64,000 nucleotides of DNA, taken from NCBI GenBank assembly GCA_014804385.1, contig JAAUZW010000033.1, positions 8,879-72,878 of the forward strand. The letters are read 5' to 3'. Under the pieces are notes generated by a model, which saw nothing but the letters and a program-made list of their open reading frames with translations, searched no databases and was not told the DNA's origin. Made by a program: the position numbers and the translations under genes. This stretch comes from Lachnospiraceae bacterium. Lineage in GTDB: Bacteria > Bacillota > Clostridia > Lachnospirales > Lachnospiraceae. Below are positions 9,584-19,565 of this stretch, in pieces; within the stretch, counting starts at the first letter, position 1; the number at the start of each line of letters is the position of its first letter.

Positions 9584-10180
9584 ATGATGATTTCTCCTAT
9601 TATGGGAACCTCATATTACAATCCTTATACAGTTTACCCCGGATCCTCCGCATCCGCATCCGCTTTTGCTGACCGCGAACAGACCCAGGCTGCCGGCGAA
9701 ACAGAGACTGCCGCACAGGGTATGCCCGGCACTTCCGGTGAAACAGAAGGATCACGAGCCGTTGTTATCAAAAATCCCGGCGAATCCACCGAGAAACAGG
9801 CGGGCAGGAAGTCTTCTCCCGCAGAGTGTGAGACCTGTAAGAACCGTAAATATCAGGACGGCTCCGACGAGGGTGACGTGTCCTTCAAGGCTGCGGCCCA
9901 TATCGATCCGAAGTCTGCAGCGGCTCGTGTCAGAAGCCACGAGCAGGAGCATGTGAACAATGCTTACCAGAAGGCGGCCGAAAAAAACGGCAAAGTCGTA
10001 TCCTGCAATGTGTCTATCCACACCGCGATCTGTCCGGAGTGCGGGCGCACCTATGTTTCGGGCGGCACCACTGCCACACAGATCAAGTATTTTAACGAAG
10101 ACAATCCTTATCAGAAGGAATTGAAGGCTTCTGACGCCGTCAATAAATACCGGGGCATGAACTATGATGAAGCAGTTTAA
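9584..10180 (+). CDS. Hypothetical protein, SprA-related-like (HExxH plus Cys pairs)
   Basis: Motifs CETCKNRKYQDGSDEGDVSFK, HEQEH and CPECGRTYVSGGTT. The family assignment is from memory of SprA-related proteins and is not verified. Confidence 0.45.
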   Translation: MMISPIMGTSYYNPYTVYPGSSASASAFADREQTQAAGETETAAQGMPGTSGETEGSRAVVIKNPGESTEKQAGRKSSPAECETCKNRKYQDGSDEGDVSFKAAAHIDPKSAAARVRSHEQEHVNNAYQKAAEKNGKVVSCNVSIHTAICPECGRTYVSGGTTATQIKYFNEDNPYQKELKASDAVNKYRGMNYDEAV

Positions 10181-10952
10181 GTCCTCCGCAGAATTGAAGG
10201 CCTCCGCCAGAGAACATCTGCTCGGCCACTACGGTACAGCAATCGGAGCCTATGTGATCCTTGCCCTCCTGCTTGGCACAGTATCGATGGCAGTGACCCT
10301 TCTTGTGGATCTTCAGACTGTGATCGGCACAGTGATCTACTATGCTATCATGTTTTTAGTATCTGTCCTGGCGGGTCTGTTCACCTCAGGCTCCTGCTAT
10401 CTCTATTTAAAGATCATCTGCGGACGACCGGTCAGCGTGGGAGACATGTTCTACGGCTTCCAGCTCTGTCCCGATAAGGCCATCGTGATTCAGGCATGGA
10501 TCTCGCTCATCACTTATCTGGCCAATCTGCCGCAGATCATCCTGAATTACAAGATTAACGTGTATACCGTCAGCTATCAGAATGACTTGCTTTTTTCTCC
10601 CGTGGCGCCTCCTCAGATCCAAATGGACAAAATACTGGATCTCATGCTGCCTTACTCCCTCTCCCTGATCTTGTCAGGAGTGGTTTCAGTCATGCTGGCA
10701 CTCTTCTATGCGCAGGCTTTTTATCTGCTCCATGACTTTCCGCAGTACACGGCAAAGGAGCTGTTAAAAAAGAGCCGTCGGCTCATGGTACACCACAAGG
10801 GCAGGCTCTTTTATCTCTATGTGAGTTTTATTCCGCTCATGCTTTTGGGATTTCTCTCCTTCGGACTTGCACTGTTATGGGTACTTCCCTACATGGCTGC
10901 CACGCAGGCTGCATTCTTTCTGGATCTGATCCAAAATAATACTGAAGCATAA
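10164..10952 (+). CDS. DUF975-family integral membrane protein
   Basis: 262 aa and polytopic. The N-terminus FKSSAELKASAREHLLGHYGTAIGAYV is typical of DUF975. It overlaps the preceding gene by 17 nt. Confidence 0.65.
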   Translation: MMKQFKSSAELKASAREHLLGHYGTAIGAYVILALLLGTVSMAVTLLVDLQTVIGTVIYYAIMFLVSVLAGLFTSGSCYLYLKIICGRPVSVGDMFYGFQLCPDKAIVIQAWISLITYLANLPQIILNYKINVYTVSYQNDLLFSPVAPPQIQMDKILDLMLPYSLSLILSGVVSVMLALFYAQAFYLLHDFPQYTAKELLKKSRRLMVHHKGRLFYLYVSFIPLMLLGFLSFGLALLWVLPYMAATQAAFFLDLIQNNTEA

Positions 10953-11053
10953 GCAGACTCGGTTTGCTGTTGCTCGTCATAAGAATGACAGTGTATCCAT
11001 CCATGCAAGCATGATGTTTACACTGTCATTTTTCTGACTCTGCTTATGCGCGC
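10947..11053. repeat. Miniature inverted-repeat element, copy 2 (also a bidirectional terminator hairpin)
   Basis: GCATAAGCAGACTC (10947-10960) pairs with GACTCTGCTTATGCGCGC (11036-11053). The inner 12-bp stem is AATGACAGTGTA/TACACTGTCATT, with apical CATGCAAGCATG (11002-11013) and a T-run on both strands. Confidence 0.65.
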
Positions 11054-12136
11054 ACATTGATCCACTTCAGATACGCATTGATAAAGGGATCGATCGCGCC
11101 GTCCATCACCGCATCCACATTGCCGGACTCCTCATTTGTCCGATGGTCCTTCACCATTGTATAGGGCTGCATGACATAAGAACGGATCTGATTGCCCCAG
11201 CCGATCTCCTTCACGTCACCGCGGATGTCCGACAGCTTCTCCGCATTCTCCTCCTGCTTCAGCATATAGAGCTTCGCCTTCAGCATCTGCATCGCTTTAT
11301 CCTTATTCTGGAACTGGCTGCGCTCATTCTGGCAGGTCACCACGATTCCCGTGGGGAAATGGGTGATACGGATAGCCGAGGAGGTCTTATTGATATGCTG
11401 TCCGCCCGCACCGCTGCTTCGGTAGGTGTCTATCCGGATATCCTCGTCCCGGACTTCCACATCCACATCTTCCTCAATATCCGGCATCACATCCAGAGAC
11501 ACAAAAGAAGTCTGCCGCTTGCCCTGTGCGTTGAAAGGAGAAATCCGCACCAGCCGGTGCACTCCCTTCTCCGATTTCAGATAGCCGTAGGCATTCTCCC
11601 CATTGATCTGGAAGGTCACGGACTTAATTCCTGCCTCGTCACCGTCCAGATAGTCGATCACCTCCAGGGAAAAGCCCTTGCGCTCCGCCCATCTGGTGTA
11701 CATGCGGTAGAGCATACTGCACCAGTCGCAGCTCTCCGTGCCGCCTGCGCCCGCATTTAATTTTAAGATTGCATTGTTTCTGTCATACTCCCCGGAAAGA
11801 AGGGTACTGATCCTAATGTTCTCAAAGGTCTCCTTAAAGGAAGTCAGCTCCTCCTCGATATCCGGAATGATCGCAGGATCGTTATCCTCGTAGCCCAGCT
11901 CGATCAGGGTGAGGATATCCTCATACTGGCCGGAGAGCCCGTCCATCGTCTCCACGATATCCTTAAGGCCCTTCGCCTCGCGCATCTTTTGATTGGATTT
12001 CTCGGGGTCATCCCAGAAATCCGGAGCCTGCATTTCCATGTCAAGCTCTTCGATCCGCTTCACTTTATCTGCTAAGTTAAAGTGAATCCCTCACTTCCGC
12101 CAGGGGGCTTTCGTATGCCAAAAGCTCCGATTTCAT
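11044..12136 (-). CDS. prfB: Peptide chain release factor 2, expressed via programmed +1 frameshift
   Basis: Frame 0 runs from the ATG at 12136: MKSELLAYESPLAEVRDSL-stop. The +1 frame continues NLADKVKRIEELDMEMQAPDFWDD... through the SPF and GGQ (SGAGGQHINK) motifs to 11044. Confidence 0.9.
12076..12082 (-). other. RF2 +1 frameshift site CTT TAA C
   Basis: The minus strand reads GTG AGG GAT TCA CTT TAA C. A slippery CUU-U is followed by an in-frame stop, with an SD-like GAGGGA upstream. Confidence 0.85.
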
Positions 12137-12344
12137 ATTATCTAACTCTACCACCTAACGTCACCTTCTTTCCTAATACCTTTTGTATACATCTCCACGG
12201 TTATCAATATCAATCACAAAAACAATCAACCTTTTTTGCTTTCTTTTTGATGATTCTTTCTTTATTGCTCATATTGCAACCGCCTTTCTAATTCGTCTGA
12301 TACATATAATATACTCCAGACAGGAAAATATTGCACCGTTTTCC

Positions 12345-14909
12345 CTATTTTCTCCCGCAGCACTGCTTATACTTCTTGCCGCTCCCGCAAGGGCAGGGAT
12401 CGTTGGGATATACCTTCGCCTCCACACGCTTTTTAGGGCCTTTCTGGATGGTGTCATCCTTGTTGGTGCCGGTCACCTTGGCGACCTGCTCTCTCTCCAC
12501 CTTCTGCTCAATACGCACACGGAAGAGAAGACGCACAGTCTCTTCCTTAATGTTCTGTGTCATCTCATCGAACATATCGTAACCGTTCAGCTTGTATTCC
12601 ACCAACGGATCCTTTTGACCGTAAGCCTGCAGGCCCGCTCCCTGGCGAAGCTGATCCATATCGTCGATATGATCCATCCATTTTCTGTCTATCACCTTAA
12701 GAAGAATCACACGCTCAATCTCGCGAATCGCCTCAGGCTCCGGAAACTCTGCTTCCTTGCTCTCATAAAGCTTGACAGCCTCCTCTTTCAACTGCTGCTT
12801 TAAGCTGTTTTTCTTAGGTTTTAAGACTCTGGAAGCATCCAAAGGTCTCAAAGGGATCGTAGGAAGCAGCAACGTATTCAGTTCATTGTAATCCCACTCC
12901 TCGAAATCAGTGTCATCTCCGATGCAGATATCCACACAATTCTCCGTGATATCCGTGATCATCTTATAGATCGCATCCCGCATGCTCTCACCGTCCAGAA
13001 CACGGCGTCTCTCCTCGTAGATGATCTCTCTCTGCTCGTTCATGACCTGATCGTATTCTAACAGGCTCTTTCTGATACCGAAGTTATTATTCTCGATCTT
13101 CTTCTGTGCTGTTTCAATGGCTTTCGTCAACGCACTATGCTCGATCTCCTGTCCCTCCGGGATACCCAGCGCATTAAACATGGTGATCATACGGTCTGAG
13201 CCGAACAATCTCATCAGATCGTCCTCCAGAGAGATAAAGAACTTGGATTCACCGGGATCCCCTTGACGACCGCTTCGACCACGCAGCTGGTTATCGATAC
13301 GTCTGGACTCATGGCGCTCCGTGCCGATGATCATAAGACCGCCTGCCGCTCTCGCCTCCTCATCCAGTTTGATATCTGTACCACGGCCCGCCATATTGGT
13401 GGCAATGGTCACCGCCCCGTGGATACCGGCGTCTGCTACGATCTCCGCCTCCAGCTCATGGAATTTGGCGTTCAACACCTTATGCTCCAGACCATTTCTC
13501 TTAAAGATGGCACTGAGTTCCTCCGAGGCGTCGATATTGATCGTACCCACCAGCACAGGTTGTCCCTTGGCGTGAGCCTCCTGCACAGCATGGAGAATCG
13601 CGGTCAATTTTTCCTTTCGGGTCTTGTACACAGCGTCCTGATGGTCTACGCGGGCAATAGGCTTGTTGGTAGGAATGGACACCACGTCCATGCCGTAGAT
13701 CTCCCGGAACTCCTTCTCCTCCGTGAGCGCCGTACCTGTCATACCCGCCTTTTTCTCAAATTTATTAAAAAAGTTCTGGAAAGTGATGGTGGCAAGGGTC
13801 TTACTCTCCCGCTTTACCTTCACATGCTCCTTTGCCTCGATCGCCTGATGCAGACCGTCGGAATAGCGGCGTCCCGGCATGATACGACCGGTAAACTCGT
13901 CCACGATCAGAACCTGATCGTCGTTTACCACATAATCCTGATCCCGGAACATCAGATTGTGTGCGCGGAGCGCCAGAATGATATTGTGCTGGATCTCAAT
14001 ATTCTCCGGATCCGCCAGATTCTCGATCTGAAAGAAACGTTCCACCTTGGAGACACCTTGCGCTGTCAGGTTTACCACCTTGTCCTTCTCATTTACAATG
14101 AAGTCTCCGGTTTCTTCCCGTTCTATACCCATGATAGCGTCCATCTTGGACAACTCCTCCATGTCTTCACCACGGGTAAGCTGTTTCGCCAGAATATCGC
14201 AGGCTTCATAGAGTTTCGTGGACTTGCCGCTCTGACCGGATATGATCAGAGGCGTTCTGGCCTCATCGATCAACACTGAGTCCACCTCATCGATGATCGC
14301 GTAGTGCAGACTCCGAAGCACAAGCTGCTCTTTGTAAATAACCATATTGTCACGCAGATAATCAAACCCCAGCTCGTTGTTCGTCACATAGGTGATATCG
14401 CAGTTATAGGCCTCCCGGCGCTCCTCAGGCTTCATATCGTTTAAGACACAGCCCACCTTCAGCCCCAGGAACTCATGTACCTGTCCCATCCACTCCGCGT
14501 CACGCTTCGCCAGATAGTCATTGACCGTGACCACATGCACGCCCTTACCCTCCAGCGCATTCAAATAAGCAGGCAGAAGACAGGTCTGGGTCTTACCTTC
14601 ACCGGTTCTCATCTCTGCAATCCGTCCCTGATGCAGAACAATGCCGCCGATCAGCTGCACCCTGTAATGCTCCGTATTCAGGATCCTCCTGGCCGCCTCC
14701 CTGACAAGGGCATAGGCCTCCGGCAGAATGTCATCCAGTGTTTCTCCCTCAGCGAGCCTTTTCTTAAACTCCTTCGTCTTATCGCGCATCTGCTCGTCCG
14801 TCATCTCCATCATCTGGGGCCGCATGCCCTCGATCCGATCCACCAGACCGTTTATGCGCTTGATCTCCCGCTCACTGTGGGTTCCAAATATTTTTTGTAC
14901 TACACTCAT
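12345..14909 (-). CDS. secA: Preprotein translocase ATPase SecA
   Basis: 854 aa. It has MRTGEGKT (Walker A), [19 protein letters not shown] and a C-terminal zinc-binding tail [14 protein letters not shown]. Confidence 0.95.
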   Translation of the reverse strand: MSVVQKIFGTHSEREIKRINGLVDRIEGMRPQMMEMTDEQMRDKTKEFKKRLAEGETLDDILPEAYALVREAARRILNTEHYRVQLIGGIVLHQGRIAEMRTGEGKTQTCLLPAYLNALEGKGVHVVTVNDYLAKRDAEWMGQVHEFLGLKVGCVLNDMKPEERREAYNCDITYVTNNELGFDYLRDNMVIYKEQLVLRSLHYAIIDEVDSVLIDEARTPLIISGQSGKSTKLYEACDILAKQLTRGEDMEELSKMDAIMGIEREETGDFIVNEKDKVVNLTAQGVSKVERFFQIENLADPENIEIQHNIILALRAHNLMFRDQDYVVNDDQVLIVDEFTGRIMPGRRYSDGLHQAIEAKEHVKVKRESKTLATITFQNFFNKFEKKAGMTGTALTEEKEFREIYGMDVVSIPTNKPIARVDHQDAVYKTRKEKLTAILHAVQEAHAKGQPVLVGTINIDASEELSAIFKRNGLEHKVLNAKFHELEAEIVADAGIHGAVTIATNMAGRGTDIKLDEEARAAGGLMIIGTERHESRRIDNQLRGRSGRQGDPGESKFFISLEDDLMRLFGSDRMITMFNALGIPEGQEIEHSALTKAIETAQKKIENNNFGIRKSLLEYDQVMNEQREIIYEERRRVLDGESMRDAIYKMITDITENCVDICIGDDTDFEEWDYNELNTLLLPTIPLRPLDASRVLKPKKNSLKQQLKEEAVKLYESKEAEFPEPEAIREIERVILLKVIDRKWMDHIDDMDQLRQGAGLQAYGQKDPLVEYKLNGYDMFDEMTQNIKEETVRLLFRVRIEQKVEREQVAKVTGTNKDDTIQKGPKKRVEAKVYPNDPCPCGSGKKYKQCCGRK

Positions 14910-15021
14910 ATTTTCCTCGTTCCCATACGCCCGTTCTAAAGGCGCACACCTTTCCTTCCATAAATCCCCATCATATCAAAACACTAAACTATATTCTAGC
15001 AGATACAGTGGGTAAATTCAA

Positions 15022-15062
15022 CCCAAAACCGAGTGCACGGGCACGTGGCCCGCACACTCGGT
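15022..15062 (-). terminator. Terminator hairpin after the alpha-galactosidase gene
   Basis: ACCGAGTGCACGGGC...GCCCGCACACTCGGT is a GC-rich stem with T-runs on both strands. Confidence 0.6.
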
Positions 15063-15069
15063 CTTTTAT

Positions 15070-17184
15070 CTATTTCTCAGTTATTTCAAAAATTCTGGCG
15101 CTGACTTTATCAGATAATTCCACCGTAAGCTCACCTACCGTCCGATTCCAGGAATATCGGCATCCGCGTCCATCCTTCGGATAGGCGCACACTGTCTCCG
15201 CATCCTTCTCCTGCAGGTGTCCAAGCGGTAGTACGACCATGCTCTCCTGACTGCCTCTGCGCCAAACCGCCAGATAGGTCTTCGGGTCGCTTACGATGGC
15301 CAAAGCCGCCCAGCCGTCTTGATAGGCGGCAAGGCCAATGGGCCACATAGGCAGCCCTGTCCGAAGCCTCTCCCTGATCTCCTTATAGTAGGCGATTCCC
15401 TCCTTCACCAGGACAAACCGCCCCTCATCCAGCTCTGCCAAATGACCGCTCTGGTGAATGCGCAGGAGCATGGCGTTCACCATATTGAAGATGACCTCCT
15501 CGTCATCCCCCTGTCTGAGCGGATAGCTCCAGATGGCCGCCTGTTCAGGCGTCAGCGCCGCCGGCGCGTTGGCCGCAATGGTGGAGTACGTGACATAATC
15601 TTCTGTGTCCGAAGTGGACTGGATGCTGTAGCGTGAGAGCATGGCATAATCCATCCGCAGACCTCCGGAAGAGCAGTTTTCGATGACCAGATCGGGGTAT
15701 TTTTCAAAAATGCCGTCCAGCCAGTGCAGATATGCTCTCTCATGGCCAAGCAGTCCCTCGCCAAAGCTGTCCGCATCGATTTCCGTGCCCACGCCCGGCT
15801 CGATGTTGTAATCCATCTTGATATATCCCACATGATACTCTCTAACCAGCCGGTCTATCACCCCCGTGGCATACTCTCTCACAGCGGGATTTCTGAAATC
15901 CAGCTGATAACGGCTTCGGTCGGACACCTTCTTCCCATGCCGGATAAAATACCAGTCATCGGGCACCCGGTCCGCTTTGGGACACTTGATTCCCATGACT
16001 TCAATCTCCAGCCAGACGCCGGGGATCATCCCCTTCGCTCGGATATAATCCATGACCTCCTCCAGGCCGTTCGGAAAACGCTCTTTGGACGGGAGCCACT
16101 CTCCCACATAATCCCACCAGGGCCCATCGGCATACCAGCCGCAATCCACACAGTAATACTCGCAGCCCGCCTCCGCAGCCTTGTCTATTAAAGGTATCTC
16201 CTTCTCTGTAGTAGGATCTCCGAAAAGACAATTCATATAATCGTTAAAAATAACGGCAAGCTTTTCATTGTCCGCATTAGGTCTGCGGATGACACGGCGA
16301 TACCGGGTCAGTTCTCCCATCGCCTCATCGAAGCCTCCCAGCAGGGAACCCACCGCCACAGGAACACTCTCAAAACTCTCCCCCGGCAGGAGGTTTTTCC
16401 ACCAGTGAGACTGATGCTCCGTGGGGCCGCTCAGTTTCAGATAAAGATGACCGTCCTGATCTGCGATCTCCCAATACCAGGAACCGTTGTGCTCAATCTG
16501 CCAGTACAGAGAGCTTCCCACCTCTGCATTGTAAAGATAGCCCATGGGAATATACTCTTTGGTGGACCAGTTGCCCGCATTGTTTACACCGATGGTCTTA
16601 GAAGTTCTGCGAATCTCCTCCGGCTGCGTGGTGCTCATTCCCAAATCGTCCAGACGGTATTTATTCCAGTGCAGCTCCTTCTGCCAGCCGTTGTGGGGGA
16701 TCCAAAGCTCCAGCTTCTCCTCCGGAAGCCTGATTCCTTCCTTCTCAATGCCCGTAATGGCAAAGGAAGAGACATACTCGATTCCCAGCGCTTCCCCGCC
16801 GCCGTTGTAGAGGGTTGTCCAAGCGCGCACCATCGCTATGCCATCGTAAAACTGATAATGGCTGGTTACCTCAAGGCCGGTCTCCGGATCCTCCATGACC
16901 ACTTCCAGCTTTCTGCCAAGCACATTCCTGTTATCTCGGAAATCCTTAAGCTTCAGCCGGTGTCCCGGCGCCGTGCGCACATATTTGGTGCCATGCCGCT
17001 CTCCCGGTCTGTCTATGCCGGAGACCTGCACCTCCGCCACAGTAAAGGGGACTATCCCGCCCCATTCAGAAACATCCGCCTCACAAAAAGGTGCGGCAGA
17101 AAAATGGAGGAGCTTGATTTCCTGCTCCTCCGTCACCTCAAATAACATGAGGATACCATTTTCCTTAATCTCAATTCTTTTCAT
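15070..17184 (-). CDS. Alpha-galactosidase, GH36 family
   Basis: About 704 aa with GH36-type motifs (GYIKMDYN, ENCSSGGLRMD). The ATG at 17184-17182 overlaps the buk stop within TGATG. The track start at 17187 is a TTG. Confidence 0.8.
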   Translation of the reverse strand: MKRIEIKENGILMLFEVTEEQEIKLLHFSAAPFCEADVSEWGGIVPFTVAEVQVSGIDRPGERHGTKYVRTAPGHRLKLKDFRDNRNVLGRKLEVVMEDPETGLEVTSHYQFYDGIAMVRAWTTLYNGGGEALGIEYVSSFAITGIEKEGIRLPEEKLELWIPHNGWQKELHWNKYRLDDLGMSTTQPEEIRRTSKTIGVNNAGNWSTKEYIPMGYLYNAEVGSSLYWQIEHNGSWYWEIADQDGHLYLKLSGPTEHQSHWWKNLLPGESFESVPVAVGSLLGGFDEAMGELTRYRRVIRRPNADNEKLAVIFNDYMNCLFGDPTTEKEIPLIDKAAEAGCEYYCVDCGWYADGPWWDYVGEWLPSKERFPNGLEEVMDYIRAKGMIPGVWLEIEVMGIKCPKADRVPDDWYFIRHGKKVSDRSRYQLDFRNPAVREYATGVIDRLVREYHVGYIKMDYNIEPGVGTEIDADSFGEGLLGHERAYLHWLDGIFEKYPDLVIENCSSGGLRMDYAMLSRYSIQSTSDTEDYVTYSTIAANAPAALTPEQAAIWSYPLRQGDDEEVIFNMVNAMLLRIHQSGHLAELDEGRFVLVKEGIAYYKEIRERLRTGLPMWPIGLAAYQDGWAALAIVSDPKTYLAVWRRGSQESMVVLPLGHLQEKDAETVCAYPKDGRGCRYSWNRTVGELTVELSDKVSARIFEITEK

Positions 17185-18251
17185 CAATATACCTTCAGTT
17201 CTTCTTCGCCGTTCAGGACACGCAGTCCGCCCTGTACCAGCGCCATCAACTCGTCCTCACCGGGATAAATGGTCATAGGTGCGATCCACCCTGCTCTCTC
17301 CTTTAAGCCTGCGACTACCACCTTATCATAAGCGATACCGCCGGTCACCAGGATCTGATCCACCTTGCCCTGCAGAACACAGGCCATGGAACCGATATCC
17401 TTCGCCACCTGGGTGATGAACGCCTCTCTGATCTCCTCGGCTTTCTTGTCGCCTCCCTGTACCATCTTTTCTACGTCACGCATATCGTTGGTATTACAGT
17501 AGGCATTGAAACCGCCGCCGCCCACAAACTTCTTATAAACCTCTTTCTCCGTATATTTCCCGGAAAAGCACATTTTTATAAGCGCACCGCTGGGTACTGC
17601 CCCCGCTCTCTCGGGCGAGAAAGCACCGTCGCCGTCCAGCGCGTTAAACACATCCACCACGCGGCCCTGCTTATGCGCACCCACAGACACGCCGCCGCCC
17701 ATATGCACCACGATCAGATTCATGGAATCGTAAGCCTTCCCCGTCTCTTTCGCATAGCGTTTCGCCACCGCCTTCTGATTCAGCGCATGGAATACGCTGG
17801 TTCTGGGAAGCTCCGGCACACCGGAGTATCTGGATACAGGCTCCAGCTCATCTACCACCACAGGATCTACAATGTAAGAGGGAACCCCAATGGAATCGCC
17901 AATCTCCCTTGCCAGAATACCGCCCAAGTTAGAAGCATGAGGTCCCTGCACACCGATCTTTAAATCCTCTAAAAGATCGTCCGTCACCGCATAGGTACCG
18001 CCGGGAATGGGTTTTAACATACCGCCGCGGCCCACTACCATGTTTAAAGACTTCATGTCAAAATTCTTCTCTTTCAACAGATCCTCAATGATCTTTCTGC
18101 GAAAATCCTTCTGATCCACGATCTTCTCAAACTGTGCGATCTCTTCTGTGGAGTGCCGTAAAGTCTCCTCAAATAGGAGAGTTTCATCCTCAAACACACC
18201 GATTTTTGTGGATGTAGAACCCGGATTAATGATCAAACTTTTTACTGCCAT
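17184..18251 (-). CDS. buk: Butyrate kinase
   Basis: 355 aa. [15 protein letters not shown] is an acetate/butyrate kinase N-terminus. It is paired with ptb upstream. Confidence 0.9.
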   Translation of the reverse strand: MAVKSLIINPGSTSTKIGVFEDETLLFEETLRHSTEEIAQFEKIVDQKDFRRKIIEDLLKEKNFDMKSLNMVVGRGGMLKPIPGGTYAVTDDLLEDLKIGVQGPHASNLGGILAREIGDSIGVPSYIVDPVVVDELEPVSRYSGVPELPRTSVFHALNQKAVAKRYAKETGKAYDSMNLIVVHMGGGVSVGAHKQGRVVDVFNALDGDGAFSPERAGAVPSGALIKMCFSGKYTEKEVYKKFVGGGGFNAYCNTNDMRDVEKMVQGGDKKAEEIREAFITQVAKDIGSMACVLQGKVDQILVTGGIAYDKVVVAGLKERAGWIAPMTIYPGEDELMALVQGGLRVLNGEEELKVY

Positions 18252-18283
18252 GCTTATTTACCCCCTAATTTCATTTATTTCAT

Positions 18284-18452
18284 AACAGTTCAGCCCCTCT
18301 GCATTCATAAAAGCGTCTGCTTCGCATCCGTCGCTGCCTGCGCAGCTCACCTTTTATTTCATTAGAGGGCGCTCCGCTCATGATATAACGTCAAAGCCGC
18401 TCTGTATGCAAGCATACCCGCGTCTATGACGTCATATCATGGCCGAACTGTT
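18284..18452. repeat. Nested long-hairpin element filling the ptb-buk spacer (related core to the MITE-like family)
   Basis: The outer stem is AACAGTTCAGCC (18284-18295) with GGCCGAACTGTT (18441-18452). The inner hairpin spans 18379-18441 (CATGATATAACGTCA / TGACGTCATATCATG) with apical GTATGCAAGCATAC (18404-18417). Confidence 0.45.
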
Positions 18453-18455
18453 ACA

Positions 18456-19376
18456 TCAGTTCATCTTTGCCATAGCGCCAGCCATAACCGCGCCGAGCGC
18501 CAGAGAATTTACCTTTGTTTCAAAATCATCGGAACGGGAGGTCAGGATAACAGGCGCCTTTGTGCCGGTCAGGATATTGCCGTTCTTTACCTTTGCCGTA
18601 TGTACCAGACATTTGTAAACCAGATTACCCGCATGGATATCCGGGAAGAGCAGTACGTCGGCGTCGCCCACGATCTTTCTGCCTTCCGCGCCTTTGTGCT
18701 TCGCCGCTTCCGGATCGATGGCAAGGTCTAAGGAGAGCGGTCCGTCTACCACACAGCCCGTAATCTTGCCTTCCTCACACATCTTCGTCAGCTCTTCCGC
18801 TTCCACCGTCACCGGCATCTTCGGATTCACCACCTCTACCGCCGCAAGAGGCGCTACCTTGGGATTCGGAATCCCGCAGGCATGGCAGACATCCACCGTA
18901 TTCTCAATAATATGTACCTTATCTTCCAGTGTCGGATAAGTCATGAACGCAACGTCCGTTAAGAACAGAAGATGATCGATACCTTCCACTTCAAACACAC
19001 ATACATGGGACAATGCCTTGCCTGTTCTCAAGCCCACTTCCTTATCCAGCACACTCTTTAAGAAGGATTTCGTGTCGATCAACCCTTTCATATACATATC
19101 CGCCTTCCCCTGATGCACCAGTTCTACCGCCTTCAGGGCCGCCGTGTAGTTATCCTTCTCGTCAATGATCTCAAAGCCGCTGATGTCCACGTTATCCGCT
19201 GCAGCTACCTCCTTGATCTTATCCGCATCACCAACCAGGATCGCCTCTGCAATATTGCGCTCCTTCGCCGCAACTACTGCTTCCAGCACGGCGCTGTCCT
19301 GCGCAACCGCAACAGCAACCTTCTTAAGATCACACTCTGATACCTTTGATAACAGATCGTCAAAACTCTTGCTCAT
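18456..19376 (-). CDS. ptb: Phosphate butyryltransferase
   Basis: 306 aa in the phosphate acetyl/butyryltransferase family (AVAVAQDSAVLEAV...). It lies immediately upstream of buk. Confidence 0.9.
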   Translation of the reverse strand: MSKSFDDLLSKVSECDLKKVAVAVAQDSAVLEAVVAAKERNIAEAILVGDADKIKEVAAADNVDISGFEIIDEKDNYTAALKAVELVHQGKADMYMKGLIDTKSFLKSVLDKEVGLRTGKALSHVCVFEVEGIDHLLFLTDVAFMTYPTLEDKVHIIENTVDVCHACGIPNPKVAPLAAVEVVNPKMPVTVEAEELTKMCEEGKITGCVVDGPLSLDLAIDPEAAKHKGAEGRKIVGDADVLLFPDIHAGNLVYKCLVHTAKVKNGNILTGTKAPVILTSRSDDFETKVNSLALGAVMAGAMAKMN

Positions 19377-19565
19377 CTTCCCTCTTCCACTCCTTTTATA
19401 TTTTTTATTTCTTCAATTATTGTTCTACTCACAAATCCGTGCTTTCGACTTCTAAATCATATCACTAATACTAGGAAAATGCAATTTTATCCTGTATCAC
19501 ATACACACAACATCGGCACGAACGGAACACGATTTCACAAGGAGCCCCTTGGAAAGCGTCAGTGA

